Sequence record: SRR31156797_6066
Length of the DNA stretch: 64,000 nt
Direction: 5' to 3' (one strand)
The position numbers and the translations under genes were made by a program. Shown here one piece after another: positions 49,956 to 60,162 of this stretch (the stretch's first letter is position 1; each line of letters starts with the position of its first letter). Under the pieces are notes generated by a model. It had not been told where the DNA came from, did not search any database, and saw only the letters and a list, made by a program, of their open reading frames with translations.

Positions 49956-51692
49956 ATGACAATCAATAAACTATTTTCAAAGATCACTCTAAAAAGTGAT
50001 ATACTCCATATTCTAATACTTGCAATTGCTTTTGCATTTGTATACAGCACAATATTCGATAGTAAAATTGATACCAATGGAGACAATGCCGGATATTACA
50101 TTTTAGCAAAATCTTTGGCAACAGGACAAGGATATACCAACATACATCGCCCTGAATATCAAGCTGCAAATCATCTACCTCCGGGATATCCTGCTATTAT
50201 AAGTACCGTTTTTCTCACAATTGGATCTGATATTAACACCATAAAAATTGTAAATGGTGTTCTTTTCTTTTTAAGTCTGCTAACACTATTTTCCTTATTT
50301 AAAATACTTTCAGGTAATCGACAACTCTCTTTTGTGGTTACACTAACAACCTTGCTAAATCCATATTTACTTCGGTTTTCCACTTTAATAATGAGCGAGA
50401 TTCCTTTTCTATTATTTTCATCGCTCACCTTACTGGTATTTATAAAACTGGATAAACAAAAAACTGCCTACAAAAACAAAAACTTTTACCTTTTCATAGT
50501 TCTTTTAGCAAGTTCATTTTATATCAGAACGGCAGGAATTGCTTTAGTATCAGGAGTTGTTTTTGCATTATTATTAGAGAAAAATTACAAACTTATTATT
50601 GCGAGTATTTCCGGTTTCTTTATTCTGATTTTACCTTGGCAGATAAGAGGATTTCTATTGGGTGGGAATTCCTACATAAATCAACTATTCCAAAAAAATC
50701 CATATCGTCCCGAAATGGGAAGAATGGATATCACCGATTGGTTTGAAAGATTTTTCCTTAACCTAAAGCGATACATTGTTAACGAAATTCCTAACGGTAC
50801 ATTTCCAAGAAATATAATTGACTACCAAAGTGAAATACAAGCCACAGATTGGATAATTGGATTAACACTAGTCTCAATAATGATTTTTGGAATAATGAAA
50901 ATCAAAAGACACAAAGTTTTAATGATTGGTTATTTACTAGGTAATTTTGGTATACTATTGCTTTGGCCAGAAGTATGGTATGGAGTAAGATTTCTATTGC
51001 CTCTTATACCATTTCTAATTCTTTTTACAGGAATAGCAATGATCAAAATTCTTGAAAATGTGAAATGGAGCAATAAAAGAATAACAAGTTTTTCGCCCTA
51101 TATATTTTTTCTTATCATTGGATTCATTATATATCCACAACTAAGAATTACTAAAATAATGGCTGACTTGCCCTATCCAATGAATTACAACAACTATTTA
51201 TTCATTGCAAAATGGGCAAAAACCAATATACCTGAAGATGCAGTAATATGCTGTCGAAAAGATCAGTTATTTTATCTTTTTTCGAACCGAAAGACAGTGC
51301 GATATAAAAATACATTGGACAAAGAGGAATTAATTAAAAATCTAAGCACTAAAAAAGTGAGTCATGTTGTTTTAGACCAATTGGGATTTCTATCAACACC
51401 CAGATATTTGTATCCTGCCATTCAACGTCATCAAGAAAAATTCATCACCATAAATCACCAAACAAAACCCGACACCTATCTATTTGAATTTAAAAATGAA
51501 ATGGGATATACTGGTGAATGGAAAAATGACATGAAAAATGGAAATGGTACCTTTGTTTATGACAATGGAGAAAGTTTCTCTGGTGAATGGCAAAATAACA
51601 AACGAAACGGTAAAGGAATCTACTTTTTATTGAACGGAGATAGTATCCAAGGAATATGGAGAGATGATTCTTTAATTCAGGAAATCAAATAA
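49956..51692 (+). CDS. GT-C fold (ArnT/PMT-like) membrane glycosyltransferase with C-terminal MORN repeats
   Basis: GDNAGYY loop, PPGYP, MSE, RFLLP, many TM helices; tail YTGEWKNDMKNGNG..FSGEWQNNKRNGKG..QGIWRDD. Confidence 0.75.
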   Translation: MTINKLFSKITLKSDILHILILAIAFAFVYSTIFDSKIDTNGDNAGYYILAKSLATGQGYTNIHRPEYQAANHLPPGYPAIISTVFLTIGSDINTIKIVNGVLFFLSLLTLFSLFKILSGNRQLSFVVTLTTLLNPYLLRFSTLIMSEIPFLLFSSLTLLVFIKLDKQKTAYKNKNFYLFIVLLASSFYIRTAGIALVSGVVFALLLEKNYKLIIASISGFFILILPWQIRGFLLGGNSYINQLFQKNPYRPEMGRMDITDWFERFFLNLKRYIVNEIPNGTFPRNIIDYQSEIQATDWIIGLTLVSIMIFGIMKIKRHKVLMIGYLLGNFGILLLWPEVWYGVRFLLPLIPFLILFTGIAMIKILENVKWSNKRITSFSPYIFFLIIGFIIYPQLRITKIMADLPYPMNYNNYLFIAKWAKTNIPEDAVICCRKDQLFYLFSNRKTVRYKNTLDKEELIKNLSTKKVSHVVLDQLGFLSTPRYLYPAIQRHQEKFITINHQTKPDTYLFEFKNEMGYTGEWKNDMKNGNGTFVYDNGESFSGEWQNNKRNGKGIYFLLNGDSIQGIWRDDSLIQEIK

Positions 51693-51695
51693 AAT

Positions 51696-52421
51696 ATGAC
51701 TCTAAAAAAATTAAGCATACTTATTCCAGCCTATAATGAAGCCGATCAGGTTTATGAAATTCTAAGCAGAATAAATGCCGTTTCATTAATCAATTCCATT
51801 ACAAAAGAAGTCATTTTTATTGATGACAAATCAACTGATAATACCATTCAGGTAGTCAATACTTTTGCAAAAAATCATCCCGAAATAGAAATTACACTTT
51901 ATCAACAAAATGTTAATAAAGGTAAGGGAGCAGCAATAAAAAAAGGGATTGAACTAGCTACCGGAGAATATTTAATAATACAAGATGCAGATCTAGAGTA
52001 TGATCCAGAAGAATACAACGATTTACTTAAACCGGTATTTAAAGCCGATGCTGATGTAGTTTATGGCTCAAGATTTATGGGTGGAAATCCGCATAGAATT
52101 TTATTCTTTTGGCATTCGATAGGAAATAAATTCTTAACCATACTATCGAACTTGTTCACAGATTTCAACCTAACAGATATGGAAACCTGTTACAAATTGT
52201 TTCGATCTGACATTATAAAGAAAATACCTCTCAGAGAAAACCGATTTGGTTTCGAACCTGAAATAACAGCGAAAATATCAAAAATTAACAACCTTAAATT
52301 ATACGAAGTCGGCATTTCATATTACGGACGAACTTACGATGACGGCAAAAAAATTAGTTGGAAAGATGGAGTTCGAGCCATTTATTGTATTCTTAAATAT
52401 GGTATGCTAAAAATAAAATAA
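51696..52421 (+). CDS. GT2 family glycosyltransferase (DPM1-like polyprenol-phosphate sugar synthase)
   Basis: IPAYNE, DDKSTD, GKGAA, QDADLEY, GSRF, TDMETCYK, FEPE. Confidence 0.88.
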   Translation: MTLKKLSILIPAYNEADQVYEILSRINAVSLINSITKEVIFIDDKSTDNTIQVVNTFAKNHPEIEITLYQQNVNKGKGAAIKKGIELATGEYLIIQDADLEYDPEEYNDLLKPVFKADADVVYGSRFMGGNPHRILFFWHSIGNKFLTILSNLFTDFNLTDMETCYKLFRSDIIKKIPLRENRFGFEPEITAKISKINNLKLYEVGISYYGRTYDDGKKISWKDGVRAIYCILKYGMLKIK

Positions 52422-52464
52422 GCTTCCCTTAAAGAGAAGCCCATTGCAAATGTTTCTTTATTTA

Positions 52465-53145
52465 TTAGTCTCGTCTACCCATATACATCATCACATAATA
52501 AAGTAATGTGGCTAAAGATGATAACGCAGCTACTATATATGTGTAGGCTGCCCATCTTAATGCATCGTCTGCATTTTTCTGAGTTTCGTAAGTAGTAATT
52601 CCTGTTATCTTTAACCATTTCAATGCTCTGTTACTAGCATCTATTTCAACCGGTAATGTAACAATACTAAAAAGAGTAGTTGCTGCAAACATTACAATAC
52701 CTGCTAACAACAACTGTGGAAAAGAATTCACCATTACAATTCCAGCTAGCAATATCCACTGAACCCATTTAGAACTAAAACTTACCACAGGAACCAATGC
52801 CGATCTCATTTGCAACCACGAATATGCTTGTGCATGCTGAATTGCATGACCTGTTTCGTGAGCAGCCACAGCTGCCGCGGCAACATTTCTTCCATGATAT
52901 ACTTCCTGACTTAAATTAATGGTTTTTTCCGAAGGATTGTAATGATCCGAAAGTTGCCCACCAACTGATCCAATTCTAACTCCCGTAATTCCATGATCTC
53001 TCAACATCTTTTCAGCTACATCCTTTCCTGTTTCCCCACCCGAAGTTGGAATCTGGGAATATTTTTTAAATCTTGATTTTAATTGGCTACTTACCAACCA
53101 ACTTAATGCAGTAAAACCTATAAATATGATCCAAATACTCATCAT
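52465..53145 (-). CDS. Membrane zinc metallopeptidase (YugP-like)
   Basis: DHYNP, AAHETGHAIQ (HExxH), TLPVEIDAS.RA, AAYTY. Confidence 0.9.
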   Translation of the reverse strand: MMSIWIIFIGFTALSWLVSSQLKSRFKKYSQIPTSGGETGKDVAEKMLRDHGITGVRIGSVGGQLSDHYNPSEKTINLSQEVYHGRNVAAAAVAAHETGHAIQHAQAYSWLQMRSALVPVVSFSSKWVQWILLAGIVMVNSFPQLLLAGIVMFAATTLFSIVTLPVEIDASNRALKWLKITGITTYETQKNADDALRWAAYTYIVAALSSLATLLYYVMMYMGRRD

Positions 53146-53400
53146 TTCTAACTTTTAATTAATATTCAAGCCTTTTCAACAACATTGCAATGAGATTCTC
53201 AAAATCTTTGCCAACCTAGATATTTGTTTATTTAGGTGTCGATTTGTCAGTTAAATTGATTGCAAGTAACTCCTATCGCAATAAGTATCACACCTCTAAA
53301 GAAAGCATCGACAAATCCAAATATTTGAATTTCAGACAGATTAGCCTAAGTCAAAATCAAAAAGTAAAGCCATTTTCTTAGACTTTCCATATAATTTGCT

Positions 53401-53408
53401 TATTTTTG
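53401..53408 (+). promoter_or_regulatory. -7 promoter element for the acyltransferase
   Basis: TATTTTTG ~30 nt upstream of ATG 53439. Confidence 0.5.
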
Positions 53409-53438
53409 CCACTCCTTAAAAACTAATTCAACCAAATA

Positions 53439-54605
53439 ATGATCACCGAATCAGATTTTAATGACATACGACCATACAACGATTCTGAAGTAGTTGAAGT
53501 TATTGGTCGCTTGTTAAAAGAAGACTCATTTATTCGCTTTGCACAACAATTATTCCCTGATTTTACTAGGGAAATGATTGAAGTTGCTTTAAGCAAAGTG
53601 AATAGCATTAAAGAATTTCAAAGTAACTTTATTGTTCGCTTGGCAAAGCATATTATTGCTAATACTACCAAGGGAATTACCATAGAAGGTCTAGAGAATC
53701 TTGATCCTAAACAAAGCTATCTTTTTATATCTGACCATCGTGATATTATTTTAGACTCTGCATTGCTTAATGTAATGCTGCATGATAATGGATTTGAAAC
53801 CACAGAGATTGCAATTGGAAGTAATTTATTGATTCAACCTTGGATTGCCGATTTGGTAAAACTGAACAAAAGTTTCGTTGTAAACAGAAGTGTTACCGTT
53901 CGTCAAATGTTAGCAAGCTCTAAGCAACTCTCTTCTTATATTAACTTTGCATTGAATGAAAAAAAATCATCGATTTGGATCGCTCAACGCGAAGGAAGAA
54001 CAAAAGATGGTGATGACAGAACTCAACAAAGTTTGCTAAAGATGTTGCAAATGGGTGGAGGAAAAGATTTTGCAAACCATTTTAAAAATCTAAGAATTGT
54101 ACCTGTTGCCATATCGTATGAGTACGAACCTTGCGATGCCATGAAAACTTTGGAAGTTCATTTAAAAGAAACTGAAGATGGTTATCAGAAAACAGCAAAG
54201 GATGATTTAAGAAGTATGATTAGAGGAATGATTAATGAAAAAGGTCGTGTTCATTTCCGAATTGGAAAACCAATTGACAGCATGCTTGATATTATTGAAG
54301 AAATGGACGAAAGTCGAGATAAATACAAGGCTTTAGCAGATTTAATCGACTATAGAATTCATAAAAATTATAAACTTTGGCCTGATAATTATATTGCTTA
54401 CGATATTGTAAACAATAGCAAAGAATTTTTAGACAAATACACTATGGAAGAAAAAGAGCTCTTCCTTAAGCACATGGAAAAAAAGATTGCCACTGTTGAA
54501 GATAGAGGTGATAAAGAAAGGTTAAATCAGATCTTTTTTGAAATTTATGCCAATCCAGTTAAAAACAGATTGGAATTAACAAAACCGGATTTTATTCAAG
54601 AATAA
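53439..54605 (+). CDS. Glycerolipid acyltransferase family protein (PlsB/PlsC-like)
   Basis: HRDIILD motif, IAIGSNL, AQREGRTKDG, ISYEYEP. Confidence 0.85.
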   Translation: MITESDFNDIRPYNDSEVVEVIGRLLKEDSFIRFAQQLFPDFTREMIEVALSKVNSIKEFQSNFIVRLAKHIIANTTKGITIEGLENLDPKQSYLFISDHRDIILDSALLNVMLHDNGFETTEIAIGSNLLIQPWIADLVKLNKSFVVNRSVTVRQMLASSKQLSSYINFALNEKKSSIWIAQREGRTKDGDDRTQQSLLKMLQMGGGKDFANHFKNLRIVPVAISYEYEPCDAMKTLEVHLKETEDGYQKTAKDDLRSMIRGMINEKGRVHFRIGKPIDSMLDIIEEMDESRDKYKALADLIDYRIHKNYKLWPDNYIAYDIVNNSKEFLDKYTMEEKELFLKHMEKKIATVEDRGDKERLNQIFFEIYANPVKNRLELTKPDFIQE

Positions 54606-54612
54606 TATATTC

Positions 54613-54641
54613 AAGGGCTTTCTTTTACGAAAGCCTTTTTT
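54613..54641 (+). terminator. Intrinsic terminator
   Basis: AAGGGCTTTC...GAAAGCCTTTTTT. Confidence 0.7.
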
Positions 54642-54713
54642 ATTGAAATAAGAGTGAAATTTTTGATTGATCCGATTTTTTAATAATTTCAATCAACGAA
54701 AAAAACAAGAATC

Positions 54714-54929
54714 ATGAAACTAATAAAGTTCCTTTTGGTCATGTCCACTTTTCTAATAATGGTGGCAGCTATTTTTAATCTTTTAAATTCCAATGGTGAA
54801 ACTCCGGACAGAACTGGAATTTACATTGAACTTGTTGTAATGTTTATTCTTACATTATCAATGGTTCTGCTAAATAACGTAGAAAAGAAGATGAAAGAAT
54901 TAGAAAAGAATCAAGATCAGGAGCTATAA
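54714..54929 (+). CDS. Small two-TM hypothetical protein
   Basis: 71-aa ORF with two hydrophobic segments, followed by hairpin AGGAGCT..AGCTCCTTTTTT. Confidence 0.65.
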   Translation: MKLIKFLLVMSTFLIMVAAIFNLLNSNGETPDRTGIYIELVVMFILTLSMVLLNNVEKKMKELEKNQDQEL

Positions 54930-55096
54930 CAGCTCCTTTTTTTATGCATTTAATCCAGTGGAAGGTTTAAGAAAAACTAAAACTTTCAAGATGTGTATTT
55001 CGTAAATAATGTTAAGGCTTGTTAATTTTCTAAGCATTAATGAAAGATTTTGGTAGATTCGTATCACAAGCTCTAAAATAAATAAAATAAAAACTC

Positions 55097-55291
55097 ATGC
55101 TTGAACAAACAAAAATCGTCTTGTCTAACGTCAGTTTTGACTTAGGTCTTTTTAGAAAAGAACTCGTGAAAGCTATCAAGTGGTTGCAACCATCAGAAAT
55201 TATTTCTCTAAAAAATTGGTGTAGCGAAAATTTCTCAGGGAAATATGACGAAATTGTGACAGAGGTAATCAAACCTCAATTATCATTTTAA
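55097..55291 (+). CDS. Small conserved hypothetical protein
   Basis: K.VL..VSFD..LF.KEL.KA..WL pattern recalled from Bacteroidota small proteins; A-rich leader; terminator at 55312-55341. Confidence 0.7.
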   Translation: MLEQTKIVLSNVSFDLGLFRKELVKAIKWLQPSEIISLKNWCSENFSGKYDEIVTEVIKPQLSF

Positions 55292-55420
55292 ACTATAATT
55301 AAATTTTAAATAGAGAGGACTTGTTATGGTCCTCTTTTTTTGTGCATTTAAAATCGAAATCACGACTTTATTCAATTTCAAAAAATTAACTTACCTTCGC
55401 AGCTGAAAAAATTACAGAAA

Positions 55421-55699
55421 ATGATAAAGTTTAAGCGTCATATTAAGGTTGATGAACAGGTATTCGAAACCTGGTTCGGAATGGAAATTAAGAAAAAAGG
55501 TAACAGACCTAGCATTAGCATATTTTACTATACTGATGATCCAAACGAAGAACTAAGCGTGCATCAATTGATAAAAGGAAACTTTGGCAGCAAAGATGAA
55601 GCCGTACGATTTGGAACTAAGTATATGAGAATCATGTACAAAGACATGATTAAGCGAGAAGCTTCAATTCCAAAAGAAGAAAACGACGATACAAAATAG
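55421..55699 (+). CDS. Hypothetical protein (92 aa)
   Basis: ORF with upstream TACCTTCG -7-like element and downstream terminator. Confidence 0.65.
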   Translation: MIKFKRHIKVDEQVFETWFGMEIKKKGNRPSISIFYYTDDPNEELSVHQLIKGNFGSKDEAVRFGTKYMRIMYKDMIKREASIPKEENDDTK

Positions 55700-55714
55700 G
55701 AAACTTCCATAAAC

Positions 55715-55743
55715 AAAAAACCCGATCGATGGATCGGGTTTTT
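55715..55743. terminator. Bidirectional terminator at the aspS end
   Basis: AAAAAACCCGATC-GATG-GATCGGGTTTTT. Confidence 0.82.
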
Positions 55744-55760
55744 CTATATAAGTTATTTTC

Positions 55761-57518
55761 TTATTTTTCTTCTTTTCTGTAATCAAGTCCTAACTCAACC
55801 ATTTGTTCATCAGCAATAGTCGAAGGTGAGTCAATCATCACATCACGTCCTGAATTGTTTTTCGGGAACGCAATTACATCACGAATTGATTCAATACCTG
55901 CGAAAAGTGAAGCTAAACGATCGAAACCGAAAGCAATTCCACCGTGTGGAGGCGCACCGTACTGGAATGCATCCATTAAGAAACCAAACTGAGCTTGAGC
56001 TTCTTCATCGGTAAATCCAAGATGCTTGAACATTTGAGCTTGTAATTCTGTATCATGGATACGAATTGATCCACCACCAATTTCAACACCATTAATAACC
56101 AAATCGTAAGCATTCGCACGAACTTTTCCAGGAGTAGTTTCCAACATGTGGAAATCTTCAGCTTTAGGAGAAGTAAACGGGTGGTGCATTGCATGGAAAC
56201 GTTCTGAATCCTCATCCCACTCCAATAGTGGGAAGTCAACTACCCACATTGGCGAAAACTTATTATTATCACGTAAACCTAACTGAGAACCCATTTCCAA
56301 ACGCAATTCACTAAGCTGAGGTAAAGTTTTAGCTTTTTCCCCTACCAACACTAAAATCAAATCGCCTGGTTTTGCATTACAAGCTTCAGCCCATTTCTGC
56401 AATTGCTCCGCACCGTAAAATTTATCAACTGATGATTTAAATGAACCATCCTCGTTATATTTAACGTAAACTAAACCTTTAGCACCAATTTGTGGCTTCT
56501 TTACAAAGTTAGTAAGAGCATCTAATTGTTTACGAGTATATGTCGCACATCCTTCAGCGCAAATTGCACCAATGTATTCAGCTTCATCAAAAACTTTAAA
56601 ATCATTTCCTTTAGCTACTACGCTAAGATCAACAAATTTCATATCGAAACGGATATCAGGCTTATCGTTACCATAGAACTCCATCGCATCAGCATAATCC
56701 ATTCTTGGAAACTTATAATCGATATCAACATTTTTCAATTTCTTGAACAAATGCTTAGTCAATCCCTCAAAAGTATCCAGAATATCATCTTGCTCTACAA
56801 ATGACATTTCGCAATCAATCTGAGTAAACTCAGGCTGACGATCGGCACGTAAATCTTCATCACGAAAACATTTTACAATTTGGTAATAACGGTCGAAACC
56901 AGAAATCATCAACAATTGTTTAAAAACCTGAGGAGACTGAGGCAAAGCATAAAACTCACCTGCATTCATTCTTGATGGCACGATAAAGTCACGAGCTCCT
57001 TCAGGAGTAGATTTAATCAATACTGGAGTTTCAGTCTCGATAAAATCAAGTTGATCCAAATAGTTACGAACTTCGATCCCCATTTTATGACGCATCACCA
57101 AATTTTCACGAACGCAAGAACGACGTAAATCAAGGTAACGATACTTCATTCTCAACTCATCACCACCATCTGTATTATCTTCAATGGTAAAAGGAGGCAA
57201 AGCCGATTGGCTTAGGATCTCTAGTTTTTCAGCAATAATCTCTACATCACCAGTAGGTATTTTACTGTTTTTACTTTGTCTTTCAGCAACCTTACCCGTA
57301 ATAGCAACCACAAACTCGCGACCTAACTTTCTAGCTTTTTCGCAAAGTTCTGCATTGTTTTCCATATCGAAAACAAATTGAGTAATTCCGTAACGATCTC
57401 GAAGATCGACGAAAGTCATTCCACCCAAATCGCGTGCTTTTTGCACCCAACCGCTCAGTGTTACTGTATTGTTTACATTCTCAATTCTTAATTCTCCACA
57501 AGTATGAGTTCTGTACAT
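55761..57518 (-). CDS. aspS: Aspartate--tRNA ligase
   Basis: [44 protein letters not shown]. Confidence 0.98.
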   Translation of the reverse strand: MYRTHTCGELRIENVNNTVTLSGWVQKARDLGGMTFVDLRDRYGITQFVFDMENNAELCEKARKLGREFVVAITGKVAERQSKNSKIPTGDVEIIAEKLEILSQSALPPFTIEDNTDGGDELRMKYRYLDLRRSCVRENLVMRHKMGIEVRNYLDQLDFIETETPVLIKSTPEGARDFIVPSRMNAGEFYALPQSPQVFKQLLMISGFDRYYQIVKCFRDEDLRADRQPEFTQIDCEMSFVEQDDILDTFEGLTKHLFKKLKNVDIDYKFPRMDYADAMEFYGNDKPDIRFDMKFVDLSVVAKGNDFKVFDEAEYIGAICAEGCATYTRKQLDALTNFVKKPQIGAKGLVYVKYNEDGSFKSSVDKFYGAEQLQKWAEACNAKPGDLILVLVGEKAKTLPQLSELRLEMGSQLGLRDNNKFSPMWVVDFPLLEWDEDSERFHAMHHPFTSPKAEDFHMLETTPGKVRANAYDLVINGVEIGGGSIRIHDTELQAQMFKHLGFTDEEAQAQFGFLMDAFQYGAPPHGGIAFGFDRLASLFAGIESIRDVIAFPKNNSGRDVMIDSPSTIADEQMVELGLDYRKEEK

Positions 57519-57714
57519 CTTTTACCAAATTAATGATTTAACAAGCCAATGGCTTTTAAAATATCCTCTTCTTCCAGTAGCTAGTTTGTTACAGATTACA
57601 AAGCTGAACCTGAATTATTAGCTCTTATTACTGGTTTTCTTAACTTTGCGAAAATACTAACAATTTGTGAAACAGAATAACGTTTCTTTAACAGATTTAT
57701 AAAAAAGATATTAC

Positions 57715-58176
57715 ATGAATCAAGAGTCTCCAATATCACCTTTTTCTGATGAATATTTTATGAAACAAGCCATACAGGAAGCTCACAAAGCTTTCGAGGC
57801 AGATGAAATACCTGTAGGTGCTATAATTGTTAGCAACAATAGAATTATTGCCCGAGCGCACAACCTAACAGAACGATTAAACGATGTTACAGCTCATGCC
57901 GAAATGCAGGCAATAACCGCAGCTGCAAATTATCTTGGTGGAAAATATCTGAAAGATTGCACTTTATATGTGACACTTGAACCATGCAACATGTGTGCCG
58001 GTGCATTAGCCTGGTCGCAGATTACAAAAATTGTTTATGGTGCAAGCGACGACAAAAGAGGATTCAGCCGATTTACGCCAAGTCCGCTTCATCCGAGAAC
58101 TGAATTGATTTCTGGAATTATGAAGGAAGAAAGTGCGGATTTAATTCAAAGTTTTTTTGCAAAAAAAAGAAAATAA
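57715..58176 (+). CDS. tadA: tRNA adenosine deaminase TadA-like nucleoside deaminase
   Basis: EIPVGA, TAHAE, TLEPC..C zinc motifs, FF..KR end. Confidence 0.85.
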   Translation: MNQESPISPFSDEYFMKQAIQEAHKAFEADEIPVGAIIVSNNRIIARAHNLTERLNDVTAHAEMQAITAAANYLGGKYLKDCTLYVTLEPCNMCAGALAWSQITKIVYGASDDKRGFSRFTPSPLHPRTELISGIMKEESADLIQSFFAKKRK

Positions 58177-58258
58177 ACAAGAGGAAAACACTACAGCATA
58201 ACTATTATCAACAATTAAAAAAATATACTTTTAAAGTTATTGATTTAGAAAAAATTAT

Positions 58259-58266
58259 TACTTTTG
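58259..58266 (+). promoter_or_regulatory. -7 promoter element ~200 nt upstream of deoD
   Basis: TACTTTTG followed by a hairpin-rich leader. Confidence 0.5.
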
Positions 58267-58463
58267 CCGACGATCAGAAGGAATATTGGCTTTTTTGTCA
58301 AACTAGTTTCATCTGATTAACAGGTAAATATAAGAACTACCATCCAACCAATTTTATAATCCATTCTCTTTTTTGGAAACATGTAATGCGTAATGCATTT
58401 TCTGCGATTTAGTTCGACAGAATTACATTATCTTTATTAGTAAATTATAAAATTAAATATATC

Positions 58464-59180
58464 ATGAGCGCACATAACGAAGCCAAAATGGGCGACATCG
58501 CCGAAACTATTCTTTTACCAGGTGATCCTTTAAGAGCAAAATACATTGCTGACAACTTCTTAGAAGATGTAGTATGTTATAACAAAGTAAGAAACATGCT
58601 AGGTTTTACCGGTACCTATAAAGGGAAACGTATTTCGGTTCAAGGTACAGGAATGGGTGTTCCTTCAATTTCTATCTATGCTCATGAGTTAATCAACCAG
58701 TATGGTGTGAAAAACTTAATCAGAATCGGAACTTGTGGATCTTTTAATAAAGATGTTCATGTACGCGACGTTATTTTAGCAATGACTTCCAATACTGATT
58801 CTGCTATTAATAAGAATTTATTTAAAGGAATGGATTACGCTCCTTGTGCTGACTTTGGTTTACTAAGCGATGCACATAAAGCTGCTGTTGAAAAAGGTGT
58901 AAACGTAAAAGTTGGTGGTACTTTAACTTCTGACATTTTCTATCATGACCTTGAAAATAATCCAGAACCATTCAAGCTTTGGGCTGACTATGGCGTATTA
59001 GCTGTAGAAATGGAAGCTACTGCATTATATACATTAGCTGCTCGCCACAACGCAAAAGCACTAGCTATTATGACTGTAAGTGATCACATTCTTACAGGAG
59101 AAGAGACAAGTGCTGAAGAACGCCAAACCACTTTAAACACAATGATAGAGATTGGTTTGGAAACTGCAATTAGGCAATAA
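58464..59180 (+). CDS. deoD: Purine nucleoside phosphorylase (DeoD type)
   Basis: [31 protein letters not shown]. Confidence 0.96.
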   Translation: MSAHNEAKMGDIAETILLPGDPLRAKYIADNFLEDVVCYNKVRNMLGFTGTYKGKRISVQGTGMGVPSISIYAHELINQYGVKNLIRIGTCGSFNKDVHVRDVILAMTSNTDSAINKNLFKGMDYAPCADFGLLSDAHKAAVEKGVNVKVGGTLTSDIFYHDLENNPEPFKLWADYGVLAVEMEATALYTLAARHNAKALAIMTVSDHILTGEETSAEERQTTLNTMIEIGLETAIRQ

Positions 59181-59210
59181 TTTAGATCAGATACATTTAT
59201 GTATGGGATG

Positions 59211-59241
59211 GAGGAGCTTTCAGAGGTTCCTCTTTCTTTTT
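59211..59241 (+). terminator. Terminator after deoD
   Basis: GAGGAGCTTT-CAG-AGGTTCCTC followed by TTTCTTTTT. Confidence 0.65.
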
Positions 59242-59265
59242 ATCCATACATTGGCAAAGCTCCTT

Positions 59266-60009
59266 CTATTCGTATTGCTTTTTTTCAAGATAATACATCG
59301 CTTCTCCTTTATCTCCGTTTTCAAGATCTGTCATTACCACACGAAAAATATCATAAGGCTTTGAACTTTTATTCTTAGGTAGATTTACGTGCAACAAATA
59401 TCCATTACAAATCCCACTTGGAACAAATTCCTTAACCTTTTGTTTCATGTTCACTTTTGTAGGAACACCATTTATCTCCACTTCAATTTTAAGTTGATCG
59501 GGATCTGTACAAAGATCTGTATCACCAATAGATTTACCAGGGTTTGCATAGTATTTAGAAAGACTCATTGGTCTGCAATAGATAGTATAACCTGGAGTTG
59601 CCCCTTCTACTCTAAACACATTTAACCCATACACCTCTAATCTGTGATAATGAATGTTTATCTCCTGATCGACATCAGCAATAACATTCCATGCCCAAAA
59701 TTCTAATCGTTGATCTTCCGGTGCTAACTGAGTATTGGATTTTGGATACTCACACATTTTCATTGATGCCAAAGCAAGGTATTTACCTTTTTTCACCTTC
59801 AAAGAATATCTCCCACTTTTATCTGAATGTGTTTCGTATTTTGATTCTCTTCCAAAATTCTTTCCTTTCAATTCAACAAATGCGCTATCAGCAGGATTTC
59901 CCTCAAAGTCTGATACAATTCCTGAAATTACAATTGAATCATTCTGTGCATTCACATTCAAACTAAAAATACAGAGTAACAAGATCGGCAGTACTAAATT
60001 TCTTTTCAT
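59266..60009 (-). CDS. Secreted protein with carboxypeptidase-regulatory-like domain
   Basis: Signal peptide; ISGIVSD..G.P...A.V.L and SD..G.Y.L....G.Y beta-sandwich pattern. Confidence 0.65.
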   Translation of the reverse strand: MKRNLVLPILLLCIFSLNVNAQNDSIVISGIVSDFEGNPADSAFVELKGKNFGRESKYETHSDKSGRYSLKVKKGKYLALASMKMCEYPKSNTQLAPEDQRLEFWAWNVIADVDQEINIHYHRLEVYGLNVFRVEGATPGYTIYCRPMSLSKYYANPGKSIGDTDLCTDPDQLKIEVEINGVPTKVNMKQKVKEFVPSGICNGYLLHVNLPKNKSSKPYDIFRVVMTDLENGDKGEAMYYLEKKQYE

Positions 60010-60107
60010 ATTATTATTGTTTATAATTTTCTTATTAGACGCCTGCCCTTCAAATATAGTTACATAACAATTAAATTGATTACAATTTCATTTGAGGTTT
60101 TTACACG

Positions 60108-60137
60108 AAAAAAAACTCGTATCAACCTGATACGAGT
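60108..60137 (-). terminator. Terminator after aroA
   Basis: A-run then ACTCGTATCA-ACC-TGATACGAGT. Confidence 0.75.
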
Positions 60138-60162
60138 CCCTATACTGATGTTTCATTTATTC

